DNA of 64,000 bases, taken from positions 806,001 through 870,000 of the forward strand of contig OZ037845.1 in the NCBI GenBank assembly GCA_964035575.1, read 5' to 3'. The stretch comes from Rhynchopus sp. YZ270_cl-10. Its lineage: Eukaryota. Made by a program: the position numbers and the translations under genes. Shown here piece by piece: positions 33,979 through 45,821 of the stretch (position 1 is the stretch's first letter; each line of letters begins with the position of its first letter). The notes under the pieces are model-generated. The model did no database searches and had not been told where the DNA came from. It saw nothing but the letters and a program-made list of their open reading frames with translations.

Positions 33979-34686
33979 CTACTTCTGGGCAGCAGCGGCA
34001 GCAGCAGCAGCCTTCTTGGCCTCAATAGCAGCCTTGATTCCTGCTGCATTCTTCAACCACTCACCAGACTTCTGGAAGTTTGCACTGTAGCCCTCAACAG
34101 ACTTCAACCGCTCAATGTAGGCAAGGATGGACGGGTATCCCTCCAGCAGGTTCTTCCCAATTTTCCCCTGCACAAGGAGGAGCTGGTCCACCTCAGGTGC
34201 GAACAGGAAGTCCGCAATCGAGATGTCGTCCCCAGCCACGAAGTTCTGCTTCGAGAGGAGGGTGTCGTACAGCTGCAGGGTCGGGGTGACCTTCTCGATG
34301 CCTGCCTTGAGCAGGGCGGGGAACTCCTCAGCAGACGCAAAGAAGCAGTGGGTCACAACCTCGCCCGTGATCTTGCGCACTCTGGCCAGGTTCCGTGCCA
34401 CAAACTGCATCACCTTCGCCTGCTGCTTCTTGTCCTTCGGCACAATGGCGTGTCCCTCAGCAAGGTACTGCAGGATCGCAGCACTCTCCTCCAGGAAGAA
34501 GTCGCCCTCCTCGTACGACGGGATCTGGCCGGCAGGGAACTTCGCAACGTAGTCGGGGTGCTTCTGCTCCCCCTTCAGCATCTCAACCGTGCGCAGCTCA
34601 ACATCAGACTTCGCGTAGGCAGCAAACCACGAAACAGAGCGGCAAGGCTGCGAGAAGTCGTGCGAGTTCAGGATTCCGGTCGGCAT
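33979..34686 (-). CDS. Glutathione S-transferase, theta-like (copy 2)
   Basis: Protein identical to 4278-4985. Confidence 0.9.
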   Translation of the reverse strand: MPTGILNSHDFSQPCRSVSWFAAYAKSDVELRTVEMLKGEQKHPDYVAKFPAGQIPSYEEGDFFLEESAAILQYLAEGHAIVPKDKKQQAKVMQFVARNLARVRKITGEVVTHCFFASAEEFPALLKAGIEKVTPTLQLYDTLLSKQNFVAGDDISIADFLFAPEVDQLLLVQGKIGKNLLEGYPSILAYIERLKSVEGYSANFQKSGEWLKNAAGIKAAIEAKKAAAAAAAAQK

Positions 34687-36243
34687 CTTGTGTGTTTGGT
34701 GTTTTGTTGGTTGTTGTGTGAATGTAATAATATCTGTGTGGTGGTGAATTGAAACTGCACTGCGTGACAGTAATGGAATGGGATGGGAAGGGATGCTGCG
34801 AAGAATATCAAGGAATGAGAGAGGGAGAAGAAAAACAAGGATGGTTTTGTTCATTTATCAGATCGCGTTCTACGTGCCTTGTGGGGCTCACAGCAATCCC
34901 GGCACTAGAAACGTCCAAAATAATATAACGATGTTGCCGTGCAGACGCCTTCTGGATACAGGCACATGCAAGAAAAGAATGGAACGTTTGAAAGGTGACG
35001 AAAGCCTCTCGTGCTCAGTCACTTTCAATAGACGTGTATCATAAAAAGAAAGAAACAGGTAAAACAAAACAAAAAGAGAAAAAGAAACCACAAAGATGAG
35101 TGTTGCTTGTGCATGCATCTCCATCTTCACATCGAACATGAATGGAACTCACGTTCACACACATTGTCGATAAAGGTAGAAAATAAGATATCCTCTGAAC
35201 CAGGTACAGGATGGGTATCTAAGAAGATACGTATCCGCAACCTGCACCATGTGACTGGTCCACAGAACGTTAGAAAACAGGGTAGAGAAGAAGGGGCAGA
35301 AGGTGTGCAGGGGCACACACCATCAGATCTTGGGAGGAAGCTAAAAGAATGACAACTTGAAACAGGTTATGTGCCCAGGATGTGCACACTTTTCTATCAT
35401 CAAGAAATCAGGGAAAATGGGAAATGGGAAATGGGGAGCAAACCAAAAAGGGGTGCTGGGATATTTGCGAAAGAGAGCAGAGAGAAGCGTGCCGCCATCC
35501 AGTGTGTCTCGTGGACATATAATGTCGGCGTACTTCTCAAGCAGCTCTTCGCAAAAACGTGACTCCTCCGCATAAGCTCAGGGCTCGTGTTGCTGTAGTA
35601 CTCTTTGCAGTGACGGGGCAGCATGCACATTGAGACATCCAGCAGCATCTCAGAAGGCATACAAGACCACAGTCAATTGCAACTAGCACAAACCAATACG
35701 CACTCTGCTCAGTGTGTTGTGACACATCCGACTCAGAGAGATGTGCAATACTGACACACAAGAAAAAAGAGATGTGCACGAAGGAAGCCACTCAACTGGT
35801 TAACATTGCAAACCAGTTGACCCATAAATAATAATAGTATTCTTTCAAAAAAGCAATAGAAACAGGTGAGGGAACACAAAAGTAATTCTCAAAGCCTTGT
35901 GTGCAGAATGCAGCACAGGGTTTGAAATCAAAAAAGAAAAGTTGAAAGTGCAAACACATCACCGTTCATCGTCGGACGGAAGCACTGACAATAAGCAAAA
36001 TAAACCCTCAATCCCGTGTACCCTGCAAATAGGCAAGGTGTGACAAAAAGTAAAACAGACGATGTGCACAAGGCGACAACGTCGAAGTAGAGAAACTGAT
36101 AAAAGTTGTACGATGCCGAGGCTGATGTTCTTAGTCAGAGCCACAAAACAAACAAGAAAACTTCAAATCGAAAATGTGACGACAACATTCACATCCCCCC
36201 ATTCACCGAATGCACCAGCATCATCCTTTCACGACGAAAACGC

Positions 36244-38535
36244 CTAGAGGCATGGCAGCGAGTCGAGACACGCAATCTTGGTGCATCCGAGAGCTCCGTC
36301 GTTGCAGGAGCAAGTGTTGCAGTCGTTCGTTCCCTCACCCTTTCCAGTCCATCCGTCAGCAACAACAGTTCCGCACTGAAGCTCACAAGACTTCTTTGTT
36401 GGGCAAGGCAGGTCAGGGCATGCAATCAGAGTGCAGATGAGGTGTCCGCTCTCAGTGCAGCTGCACGTGTTGCAAGCGTTGTCACCCTCGTCGTTTCCAC
36501 CCCATCCGACAGGGACAACAGTGCCACATCCAAGAGTGCAGGTGGTGGGCTCAGGCTTCGGGCACTCCTTGCTGTTGGGGCAGCCCATCTTTGTGCACGC
36601 AAGACCGCCATCTCTGCAGGAGCAGGTGTTGCAGTCGTTGGTTCCCTCACCCTTACCAGTCCACCCGTCAGCAACTACAGTTCCGCACTGAAGCTCACAA
36701 GACTTCTTTGTTGGGCAAGGCAGGTCAGGGCACGCAATCAGAGTGCAGCGAAGGAGACCACTTTCCATGCAGCCACATGTGTTGCAAGCGTTGTCACCCT
36801 CGTCGTTTCCACTCCATCCGACAGGGACAACAGTGCCACATCCAAGAGTGCAGGTGGTGGGCTCAGGCTTCGGGCACTCCTTGCTGTTGGGGCAACCCAT
36901 CTTTGTGCACGCAAGACCGCCATCTCTGCAGGAGCAAGTGTTGCAGTCGTTCGTGCCTTCGTCCTTCCCAGTCCATCCGTCAGCAACAACAGTTCCGCAC
37001 TGAAGCTCACAGGACTTCTTTGCTGGGCAAGGCAGGTCAGGGCATGCAATCAGAGTGCAGATGAGGTGTCCACTCTCAGTGCAGCTGCACGTGTTGCAAG
37101 CATTGTCACCCTCGTCGTTTCCACTCCATCCGACAGGGACAACAGTGCCACATCCAAGAGTGCAGGTGGTGGGCTCAGGCTTCGGGCACTCCTTCCTCTC
37201 GAAACATTCCATCTTTGTGCAGGCAAGACCACCATCGTGGCAGGCGCAAGTCCTGCAGTGGTTCGGGCCCACGTCCTTTCCAGTCCACCCGTCGGCAACA
37301 ACAGTTCCGCACTGAAGCTCGCAGGACTTCTTTGTTGGGCAAGGCAGGTCAGGGCATGCAATCAGAGTGCAGATGAGGTGTCCACTCTCAGTGCAGCTGC
37401 ACGTGTTGCAGGCGTTGTCACCCTCGTCGTTTCCACTCCATCCGACAGGGACAACAGTGCCACACCCAAGAGTGCAGGTGGTGGGCTCAGGCTTCGGGCA
37501 CTCCTTGCTGTTGGGGCAGCCCATCTTTGTGCATGCAAGACCGCCATCTCTGCAGGAGCAAGTGTTGCAGTCGTTTGTTCCCTCACCCTTTCCAGTCCAC
37601 CCGTCGGCAACAACAGTTCCGCACTGAAGCTCACAAGACTTCTTTGTTGGGCAAGGCAGGTCAGGGCATGCAATCAGAGTGCAGCGAAGGAGACCACTCT
37701 CCATGCAGCCACATGTGTTGCAGGCGTTGTCACCCTCGTCGTTTCCACTCCATCCGACAGGGACAACAGTGCCACATCCAAGAGTGCAGGTGGTGGGCTC
37801 AGGCTTCGGGCACTCCTTCCTCTCGAAACATTCCATCTTTGTGCAGGCAAGACCTCCATCATGGCAGGAGCAAGTCCTGCAGTGGTTCGGGCCCACGTCC
37901 TTTCCAGACCATCCGTCAGCAACAACAGTTCCGCACTGAAGCTCACAGGACTTCTTTGCTGGGCAAGGCAGGTCAGGGCACGCAATCAGAGTGCAGATGA
38001 GGTGTCCACTCTCAGTGCAGCTGCAGGTGTTGCAAGCATTGTCACCCTCGTCGTTTCCACTCCATCCGACAGGGACAACAGTGCCACATCCAAGAGTGCA
38101 GGTGGTGGGCTCAGGCTTCGGGCACTCCTTGCTGTTGGGGCAGCCCATCTTTGTGCACGCAAGACCTCCGTTGATGCAGTTGCACATGTTGCAGTCGTTG
38201 GTTCCCTCGTCGTTGCCCATCCATCCGTTTGCAACAACAGTTCCGCACTGCAGAGTGCATGTCTCCTGCTTGGGTTGGACACACAGCGGTGTGTGGTACG
38301 TACCATCGCCCTCACACAAAAGGTGGTCTTGACAGTGCTGGGCACTGCATGGACGTGCACCGCCACAGGTCTCACCCTCTGCACGCTTCGGCACACAGAC
38401 AGAGTAGAACGAGAGGCAGTGGCCGTACCATTCAAGCGGACGGCACCACTCGCTTGGTGCGCAGTCGTCGTTGGCCCAGCACTGCTGAGCTGAGACAGCC
38501 GCAACAGCTGTGAGGAGCAGTGTCGTGCGTAGCAT
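36244..38535 (-). CDS. Secreted protein with 13 pacifastin-like domains (763 aa)
   Basis: Paralogue of 6511-9426, shorter by two 104-aa units. Confidence 0.8.
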   Translation of the reverse strand: MLRTTLLLTAVAAVSAQQCWANDDCAPSEWCRPLEWYGHCLSFYSVCVPKRAEGETCGGARPCSAQHCQDHLLCEGDGTYHTPLCVQPKQETCTLQCGTVVANGWMGNDEGTNDCNMCNCINGGLACTKMGCPNSKECPKPEPTTCTLGCGTVVPVGWSGNDEGDNACNTCSCTESGHLICTLIACPDLPCPAKKSCELQCGTVVADGWSGKDVGPNHCRTCSCHDGGLACTKMECFERKECPKPEPTTCTLGCGTVVPVGWSGNDEGDNACNTCGCMESGLLRCTLIACPDLPCPTKKSCELQCGTVVADGWTGKGEGTNDCNTCSCRDGGLACTKMGCPNSKECPKPEPTTCTLGCGTVVPVGWSGNDEGDNACNTCSCTESGHLICTLIACPDLPCPTKKSCELQCGTVVADGWTGKDVGPNHCRTCACHDGGLACTKMECFERKECPKPEPTTCTLGCGTVVPVGWSGNDEGDNACNTCSCTESGHLICTLIACPDLPCPAKKSCELQCGTVVADGWTGKDEGTNDCNTCSCRDGGLACTKMGCPNSKECPKPEPTTCTLGCGTVVPVGWSGNDEGDNACNTCGCMESGLLRCTLIACPDLPCPTKKSCELQCGTVVADGWTGKGEGTNDCNTCSCRDGGLACTKMGCPNSKECPKPEPTTCTLGCGTVVPVGWGGNDEGDNACNTCSCTESGHLICTLIACPDLPCPTKKSCELQCGTVVADGWTGKGEGTNDCNTCSCNDGALGCTKIACLDSLPCL

Positions 38536-38730
38536 TGGAGCAAGGTATGTGTTTGTATCAAAAGAGTATCTGTGGGGTGACGTGGCTGAGGTGCTGGGAG
38601 GAATATTAGAGTGATACATCATGTGTGAAGTGTGGCGAAACAAAAGATACAGAGGGAAGGTGTTGTAACCCCGTTGCAATGGTGCTCTCTGTCGCCCAAG
38701 CTGCAGTTGTGTGTTGCACGTTGCAGAAGA

Positions 38731-38810
38731 AAGTGAAGTTGATGGTGCAAACGCCTCTGGGACGCAGGCACTGACACTCTGAGGGTAATCGAACCCCGGA
38801 GTGTTGCACT
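38731..38810. repeat. Dispersed repeat, family 3 (representative copy)
   Basis: AAGTGAAGTTGAT[AG]GTGCAAACGCCTCTGGGACGCAGGCACTGACACTC...ATCGAACCCCGGAGTGTTGCA. Also at about 30429 and 45418, with partial copies at about 449, 6146, 9612, 19311, 27492, 44716 and 47843. Confidence 0.8.
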
Positions 38811-38922
38811 TGGGAGTTGCTCACAGGGAAACTGTAAGCAGACACACAGTCACAAGAAGAAGAAAGGTGTCGCCAGACACACTGTAGATAATTGGATAAA
38901 ATAGCAAGAGACCGCAAGCAGT

Positions 38923-39029
38923 CGTAGTCAGATGGCTGATCCTGCACTTTGAGACTCATAATCTATGTCAACACAGGACACGCCTTGCTGGGGCGTGCCT
39001 TCAGGAGTCATTTAAGGTCATCATGAACG
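38923..39029 (-). ncRNA. Box C/D snoRNA family C, copy 3 of 3
   Basis: Matches 9766-9872. Confidence 0.75.
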
Positions 39030-39077
39030 TGTGGTGTGTGGAGTGTGGTGTGTGGTTGTTTGCTTTGGTGTTGTGTC

Positions 39078-39156
39078 AGCAGTCAGGTGAGGTTGGAATG
39101 TATCCACAGCGTTGTTTCGGCTTGGCTAGGGCGGTTCCAGGATTTCATCATGCACA
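39078..39156 (-). ncRNA. Box C/D snoRNA family D, copy 3 of 3
   Basis: One substitution relative to 9919-9997. Confidence 0.75.
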
Positions 39157-39188
39157 ACAGAGGAGGGGTGGAAAGGTGGGGAACAGAA

Positions 39189-39279
39189 GTGTTTCAGACA
39201 AAGCGGTTAAAGTATGTGCTCATGGTCGAGACTCACATTGGTGCCAGCACTGACAATTAAAAGGTTTTCATCATGCATT
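39189..39279 (-). ncRNA. Box C/D snoRNA family A, copy 5 of 5
   Basis: Matches 2311-2401. Confidence 0.8.
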
Positions 39280-39843
39280 CGTGTCAATGTTCAGAAGAGA
39301 AAAGGGGAAGGGGTTGGTGTCGTTTGTTTGTTGGTGTCATCCATGACCTTGAAGATTAAGACACAAGAAGTCAAATGCATCAGAGGAAAGGCAAACATAC
39401 AGAAAAGAAAACGTTGAAACCCAAAAAGAAGTAAGCGGTCGAAGTAAGTTGTGTGTTGCACACACAAAAAGAAAAGCAAACAAAAGTTGTGACCGTGCAG
39501 ACGTCTCGTGGACGTGGAACGGAAAAGGAGAGAAACAAAACGTGGAGAACAAAACTCATGTCTGCAAGAACAACAGGTTCGTTCGTGTGCAACACACAGA
39601 TCACACACAATTGCAACATGAGACGTTCAACAAAACAGACGGGATGGGAACAGAACACAAATGCAAGTGGTTGAAGAACACCCGTTGTGCAGTGCAGCAA
39701 GGGGGTGAAATTGCAAAAGATTGCACCCATGATTCCTCCCAACCCAGTCAAGTCACAAAAACGCAACAAGAAAATCGAAGTAAAGAAAACATGTAAGACA
39801 AATGTGTCAAAGCGAAAGAAAGTCAATGTCATCCCAAAGCAGC

Positions 39844-40488
39844 TCATGCCTTCAAAACAGCACGGAGGCCCTCCGCAGACGCGTAGTACTCCTTCACCTT
39901 CGGGTGGTTTGCAACCACAGCCTTGTGTGCAGCAAGGTTCTTGAACGACACCAGTGCGTCCGACGGGACACCGTCAAGGAACCCAGACACAAGGAACTGT
40001 GCATATGTGAAGATCACCAAGTCTGCCACTGTCAGGGAGTCACCCACAGCGTACTTCTTCCCCGCAAGACGCGAGTCCAGGAAGACAAGCCACTTGTGGA
40101 AGTCCCCACCCTCAGCAATGGCAGTCACACGGAAGGCCTTCTTCTCGTCCTCGTCCTTGATCTCAAACGACTTGCGCAGAACTGTGAAGAGCTCATCCGC
40201 GTAGTCAATGATCTCGTCCACACTCAGCGCCGCACGTGCATCCTTGGGGTACAGGTTCCCGAGTTTCGCAACGTAACGCAGGATTGAGCTGTGCTGTCCC
40301 ACCACCTCCCCGTCCACGTACAGAAGCGGCAGCTGCTGTGGGGCCACCTTCGCCTTCAGACCCCCACCCCACGTCGGGAAGTCAATGTGCTCATCCTCAA
40401 GCACAAGGCCACCCACGTGTGCGGCAAGACGGGTCGCCTCAGGCTTCGAGGGGAGGGCGAAGTAGACAAGCTTCAGGGTCGGTGCCAT
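39844..40488 (-). CDS. Glutathione S-transferase, sigma/alpha-like
   Basis: Paralogue carrying the YFALPSK variant. Confidence 0.92.
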   Translation of the reverse strand: MAPTLKLVYFALPSKPEATRLAAHVGGLVLEDEHIDFPTWGGGLKAKVAPQQLPLLYVDGEVVGQHSSILRYVAKLGNLYPKDARAALSVDEIIDYADELFTVLRKSFEIKDEDEKKAFRVTAIAEGGDFHKWLVFLDSRLAGKKYAVGDSLTVADLVIFTYAQFLVSGFLDGVPSDALVSFKNLAAHKAVVANHPKVKEYYASAEGLRAVLKA

Positions 40489-40578
40489 TTTGTGTGGTGA
40501 GGGTGGTGTTGTGTTGAGAATCTGTGTGACATTTGTTGAGGGAAGCCATGGGGGAAGTTATGTGTTTCGCGGCAGAAG

Positions 40579-40675
40579 AGAGATCAGAGGTGTCCTAAGG
40601 TATTGTAAAGCCTATTCGGGCATCGCTCGTGGAGCTCCGACTGGGGCGGCATGTCAGTGGTTTTCATCACTTCCG
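40579..40675 (-). ncRNA. Box C/D snoRNA family B, copy 4 of 4
   Basis: One substitution relative to 11426-11522. Confidence 0.85.
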
Positions 40676-40798
40676 AAGCTGCAGTTGTGTGGCCTCGTAC
40701 CATACAGGCGAATGTACACAATCCCCCCCACCCATTCTGTTTACTACTTTGTTCCACACAGAGAGGCTAGAAGGCGACCCAAACCCACCACACCACAC

Positions 40799-41517
40799 TC
40801 AACTGACGTATGGTTTCAAATCTTCCTCTCCCATATCAGGCATGGGGAAGGTCAGCAGCTGTTCTATGTCTTCGTGGAAGTACCTGCGAGTGGTGGAAAT
40901 GAGGCTTCTGCTGATGCTTTAGTGGACATACCCAAGCTGATCTCTGTATCCCTTTGTACGCGGGAGGCTCTTCCGTTCGGGCCAGAGTGGTACTGCGTCC
41001 ATTCGGAATGTCTGTTGAATAGTTGTCAAATGATTTAGCAATATAAAGCAACGTTGCGATGTTCTTGGTCAGAAAAAGAGAGTCGTGTTGTAAGATGACC
41101 CTGAGATACAGGAACACTCGTACAGGATCAGTTTGTCCGGCTTGAAAAGGGTTGCTGTGGCGTAGCTTGTGGTCGGGGGGGGGAAGGGGAGGGGAGGGGG
41201 TTGCGTACCTGTCTCCGCCAGACACCACCTTCTCGTTCATAGAGTTTATTGTACGGACGCATCCACTGCTGGTTTTTGTGTCCTCCGTACATGGACGCAA
41301 TGTTCTTCGCAATGGGCGACTCTTTGTTGCGTGAGGAGATGTCCTGCTCCTCCTTCATGAAGGTGGGTTGCACGCGACGGTGTCCCTCGTTCATGTCCCC
41401 CGTGAAAATGGTGGAGTACGTGTGCCACGGCTCCTTGTCATTCACACCAAACATCTCCGTCCCCTGATTCCATTTCTTCCCACTCATCTTTAGCTGCGTT
41501 GCCGTGAGACGCAACAT
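40799..41517 (-). CDS. Mitochondrial ribosomal protein mL41-like, 4 exons (41517-41209, 41100-41053, 41011-40932, 40883-40799)
   Basis: Three GT-AG introns (108, 41 and 48 nt) join into one frame. It starts with the targeting-like MLRLTATQLK and ends LTFPMPDMGEEDLKPYVS, matching the mL41 C-terminal F..PD....LKPYV motif. Confidence 0.7.
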
Positions 41518-41869
41518 TGTGTTGTCTTCTGTTTTTTTTTTTGTAGTTGTTTCGACATTTATTTTTTTGATTGAGTTTTTTGATAAATTGTTGGAGTAGT
41601 GTAGTTGCCTCGGTTGTGTTGCCACAGTTGTGCAATCTCCACTGTATTTTTTAATGAGGAAACGGGTTTGGAAAGTATGGGGAAGTGTGTACAGCAGTCA
41701 AGACGGACAGTCAACCCTCCACTAACGCGAAGCGGGTATCAGAATCAGATGACGGTATGAAAAAGGAGAGGGTCGGGGATGTTGTCCTTTTCTTTGTTTC
41801 TCTCTCATGCACCCAAGATAATAGAAGCAAAGAGGCTTCTCCCCTCTCTCTATGGCGAGGACAAAAAGG

Positions 41870-42915
41870 CAGGGGTGGCTCTAAGTTGAGCCAAAAACCC
41901 CGATTTTGGCCGAGGTGCCAATGACTTTTTTCTGTACAAATGCCACACGTAAAAAACTCCCGGAAACCCATTCCGAGCTTTCCGGTCGGTGCGTTGGCGG
42001 GGCATCTCCCCTCATATTTTTGAGAGGGGTTTTTCGGGGGTGGGGGTTGAAGAAGGGGAAAAATGAGTCAAATAGGAGAAGGGGCGGTTGTGAACTATCC
42101 CGTCCCCAGGCCTCTCCGGGTGGGTCGGGGTGTGCAAGCAAAGTTAAAGCAAAGGGGTGGGGGTGAGGAAAAGAAAAGTATGGTCAAAAGTGACGTAAGG
42201 ACACCACTAAGCGGTGCACAGAAAGGGAAGATGCCCTTGCGTAAACTCTAACACGTGCTCGTGTAGAGCCTTGGAGGGAGGGCAGGAGGCTACAACTTCA
42301 CCCCAGGGAATCAGGACGTTCGCGAGAGCTACCCCGCAGAAACCACGCTTCCGAGCAAGCCACTCGAAAGAGTCACCCGATGCAACACCACCAGCGAACG
42401 CGCCTGTCAACGGCTTTGCCTCCCACGATTCCCAGCTAGTGCGCATGTTTTTCGCGACGTGCAAGCAGGCATTACGGCGGGAGGCTGCCACCTCCTGGCG
42501 CACAGCTACAGAAGGATTCAGCTGAGAACAGCAACCTGACTCATACACGGTTCTCTGACCGCACGAGGAGGGCATTGTGGCAATGCGCAAGGCTCTGCTC
42601 TGCTTGTGTCAGAGTCAGGCCCTGCTGCTGCAAGGTTTTGCTCGTAAACCCGCAAACCCGTAAACCCGCAAACCCGGGTTTGAGAATTTTCGGACGGAAT
42701 AACCCGGGTTTGAGAATTTTTTTGGGGGGCCGGTGGGTGGGGGCTCCGCCCCCCACCCCCACCCCCCCACCTCCCATGTGGCAAAAGTCCAGAAAAAATA
42801 TTTTGCCTGTGGCATTTGTACAGAAAAAATATTTTTTTTACGTGTGGCATTTGTACAGAAAAAAAGTGTGTTTTCGGAGGGGTGCCATGGGCCCATGGAC
42901 TTAGAAAAGGCCCTG
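41870..42915. mobile_element. Non-autonomous hAT-like element (1046 bp)
   Basis: Imperfect TIR CAGGG.....TCTAAGT, 8-bp TSD CAAAAAGG, and a long subterminal inverted repeat TTCTGTACAAATGCCACACGTAAAAAA. Confidence 0.8.
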
Positions 42916-45821
42916 CAAAAAGGAAAAAAAAAAAAAAAGAGAGAAAAAAAGAGAGAAAAAAAAAAAAACACAGAAGAGAAATGTTTGGAAGATGAATCTA
43001 AGCCTAGCAGGCTCAGTCACCTTTTAAACCAACTTTAAAAAAAACAAGTCCTGTCTAACAGGGTTGCAACATTCTGTCTGCAAACCCAAAAAAAAAAAAA
43101 AAAAAAAATCTGGGACTCGCAGAACACAAAACACCTGGAAGAGCGCCTTTTGTTTCTTTTTAAATTAGGTAGAGAGACGTAAAGGAACCCTGGGCTGTCG
43201 CTGTTGGTAATAAAACAAAACAAAAAAAAAGTCAAAAAAAAAAAATACGTAACATAATGACCAGAACAGTAAGGAAGGAGAGAGAAGGAAGGGACAAAAA
43301 GACTCTCTGCACTAGGTGGGGAGGAGAGGGGGAGGGTGTTTTCCACAAAGAGAAAGTTGAGATGATGCTAAAACTCTCTCTCTCTCTCTTGCTTAGCAAC
43401 CTTTAAAAAGTTAGTGTGACATAACATGTATGTATTCGAGCGGTTGACTGGGTGTCGCAAGGAGTAGTGCCGCTCCAGGATATCTTATTGGTGTTGCGTT
43501 CGGAATGTCTGATTTCCTTCGTGGGAGCTTTACCGTACGCACACTCAGAAGCGAGGAAAGTCACAAAGAGGAAAAGAAAGAAGAAAAAAAAAAAAAAAAA
43601 ACACACATAACCTACCACACCAAGGGAAAAAAAATGTTTATGTGAAGCGACAGAATGTCTTTTATTCCTGGAGGAAAAATACCCGAGGTGTAGAACACAC
43701 TACAGTTTGTAAAACAAAACAAAAAATTGACTTTTGAAATACAACAGCCCTCTCATGACAGTGTACCTTGGTTGACTGGCTGTACTGGGGGTGCCACCCC
43801 AACCATGCAGTCCATCCATTTCGTGATTTACATCTGATAAAAAAAAGTGGGTCAAAGATAACCCAAACCTCGTGTTTTTTTTTTGAAATGAAACTGAAAT
43901 TGAAATTGTCCTTTGAAGCTAAGGTACTCGCAAAAGACTCGGATCGCAAAAAAAAAAAACCCTCCCTCCCTCTAGCTATCACACACACTGTACGGACTGA
44001 GAGGGAGATGAACAGAGGAAGACCTCTGTCTCTCCCTCTCTCTCTCATTTTTTTTTTTTTTCATCGTCCAAAAAAAAAAAAGTTTGTTGTAATGAACCAA
44101 GCCTATCACAGACTCTTAGGTTCATCCTGCAAACACAAAAGAGAGTTTTTAAAAGATGGATACACAATTTCAGACCGTCCGAAAACGTTCTGTAGAAAGG
44201 TGTTTTTTTAAAAGGGGAAGAGAGGAAACGGAAACAAAAGGTATATTTTTTTTTAACAGCATAACAAAGAAACACAAGACGGATATGGCCTCGAGGGTGT
44301 TGGGGACAACACAAATTAAGGTATATTCTCCAGTGTTAAGCAAATGCATGAGGGTATGTGTGTGTGTGTGGACTTGGTAAAAAGGAAACTATCTGACAAG
44401 GGATAGGGGTATGGGGGGTGGGGGCAAGGAGTCACACATCAAACGGCAGCAAGTTATCACTCTGAGAATGGCACGGACCAAACGAAAGAAAAAAAAGAAG
44501 AAAGAAAAAAAACCAAAAAAAAAACTCTGTGTTCTGTGAGACGAACCCAAAGCCAGCATCGGGCTTTGATCATGGGCGAAGTGGCATAGGGATTGAGTTG
44601 AGGCAACCTCAAAAGATGGGTCCGAGAGTGCACTGCATCTGCACTAACTAAAAAAAAACAAGGTTTTTTTGAACACAACAAAAAAATACATATCCCCCCC
44701 CCAAAAAAAAAAAGAGAAGTTGAAAGTGCAAAACGCCTTACCGTATATCACGGAAGACGCACAACATTGGTTCTCCGGATCGAAAAAAAAAACCCCCCCA
44801 TCCCTTCAAAAAAATGTGGTTGTGAATGCTACCCTATGAATTGCCCAACGGAAGAAAACAAAATATGGCGTGAAAATCTGACAAACGGGCCCTCAGGCAG
44901 AATGTACTTTGACAGAGAACCCGGCTTTTTTCCTTTGGAATATAAAAGCGGCAGGGTTCTCCCCAGAACACTGGGCTGTGAGGGGGGTGTTTCAGGCTTT
45001 GTAGCAAATGAAAAGATGAACCTACGCCTCCTTTGCCAATCGCCTCGAAGAAGAAGAAATCTGTAGTTGGTTGGATGAACGTAAGCCTCTCGTGCTTAGC
45101 ACCGGAATGGTTACGATAATATTTTAAACTACAGGATGGAGCTTGTCCAACGTTGTCTCTTCGCACTTTAAGAAGAAATAGAAAACGACTTCAGGATATG
45201 ACAGTTAAATGAAATAAAGAAAACACTTTTTCGTTTATCGCACCGCAAAAGGTTTGTGTTTTTCACTGATGAATGTGAGTGATGTTAGTGGAAAAACAAT
45301 ACGCTAAAGCGGGCACGCACCATCCGTCGTTTTCCATTTCTATTCGTCAATGCTTGATAACACAAAAAAAAAATGCTAATTGTAAGTGCAAACGCTTCTG
45401 TGCATGCAAGGGGGGATAAGTGAAGTTGATAGTGCAAACGCCTCTGGGACTCAGGCACTGACACTCCGCATTATCGAACCCCCGGAGTGTTGCAAAAGGG
45501 GTAACCAGCACAACACACAAAATTTCAAAAAGAAAAGAAAAAAACCCAATTTGCTAGTACCCATATCCCTCAGACCCTTTCTTGAAACCCATTATTGTTT
45601 GTCTCCCTTTTAGAAAGGGACGACGTTTAAGTGAGGCGTTCCACCCCTCCCATCACCCCCCCATATACCCTAGAAAAGATACGCATCGCAAGCGTTGAGA
45701 CGATTTAAAAAAAAACATTGATATTGATTTTATTGTTTTGAAACAATCTGAGGATATACCCCAAGCCCCCTCACCCCCTTTCCCTATCCCCCCATAACAA
45801 AGCTCGATAAGTTTTTCGAGC

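Larger units (their letters stand above)
33320..40690. repeat. Segmental duplication, copy B
   Basis: Near-identical to about 3700-11535. Confidence 0.9.

Noticed and set aside
38770..38810. tRNA or tRNA-derived SINE (minus-strand GGTTCGATT, B-box-like)
   Set aside because: No cloverleaf, A box or well-paired T-arm could be built, so it is kept only as repeat family 3.
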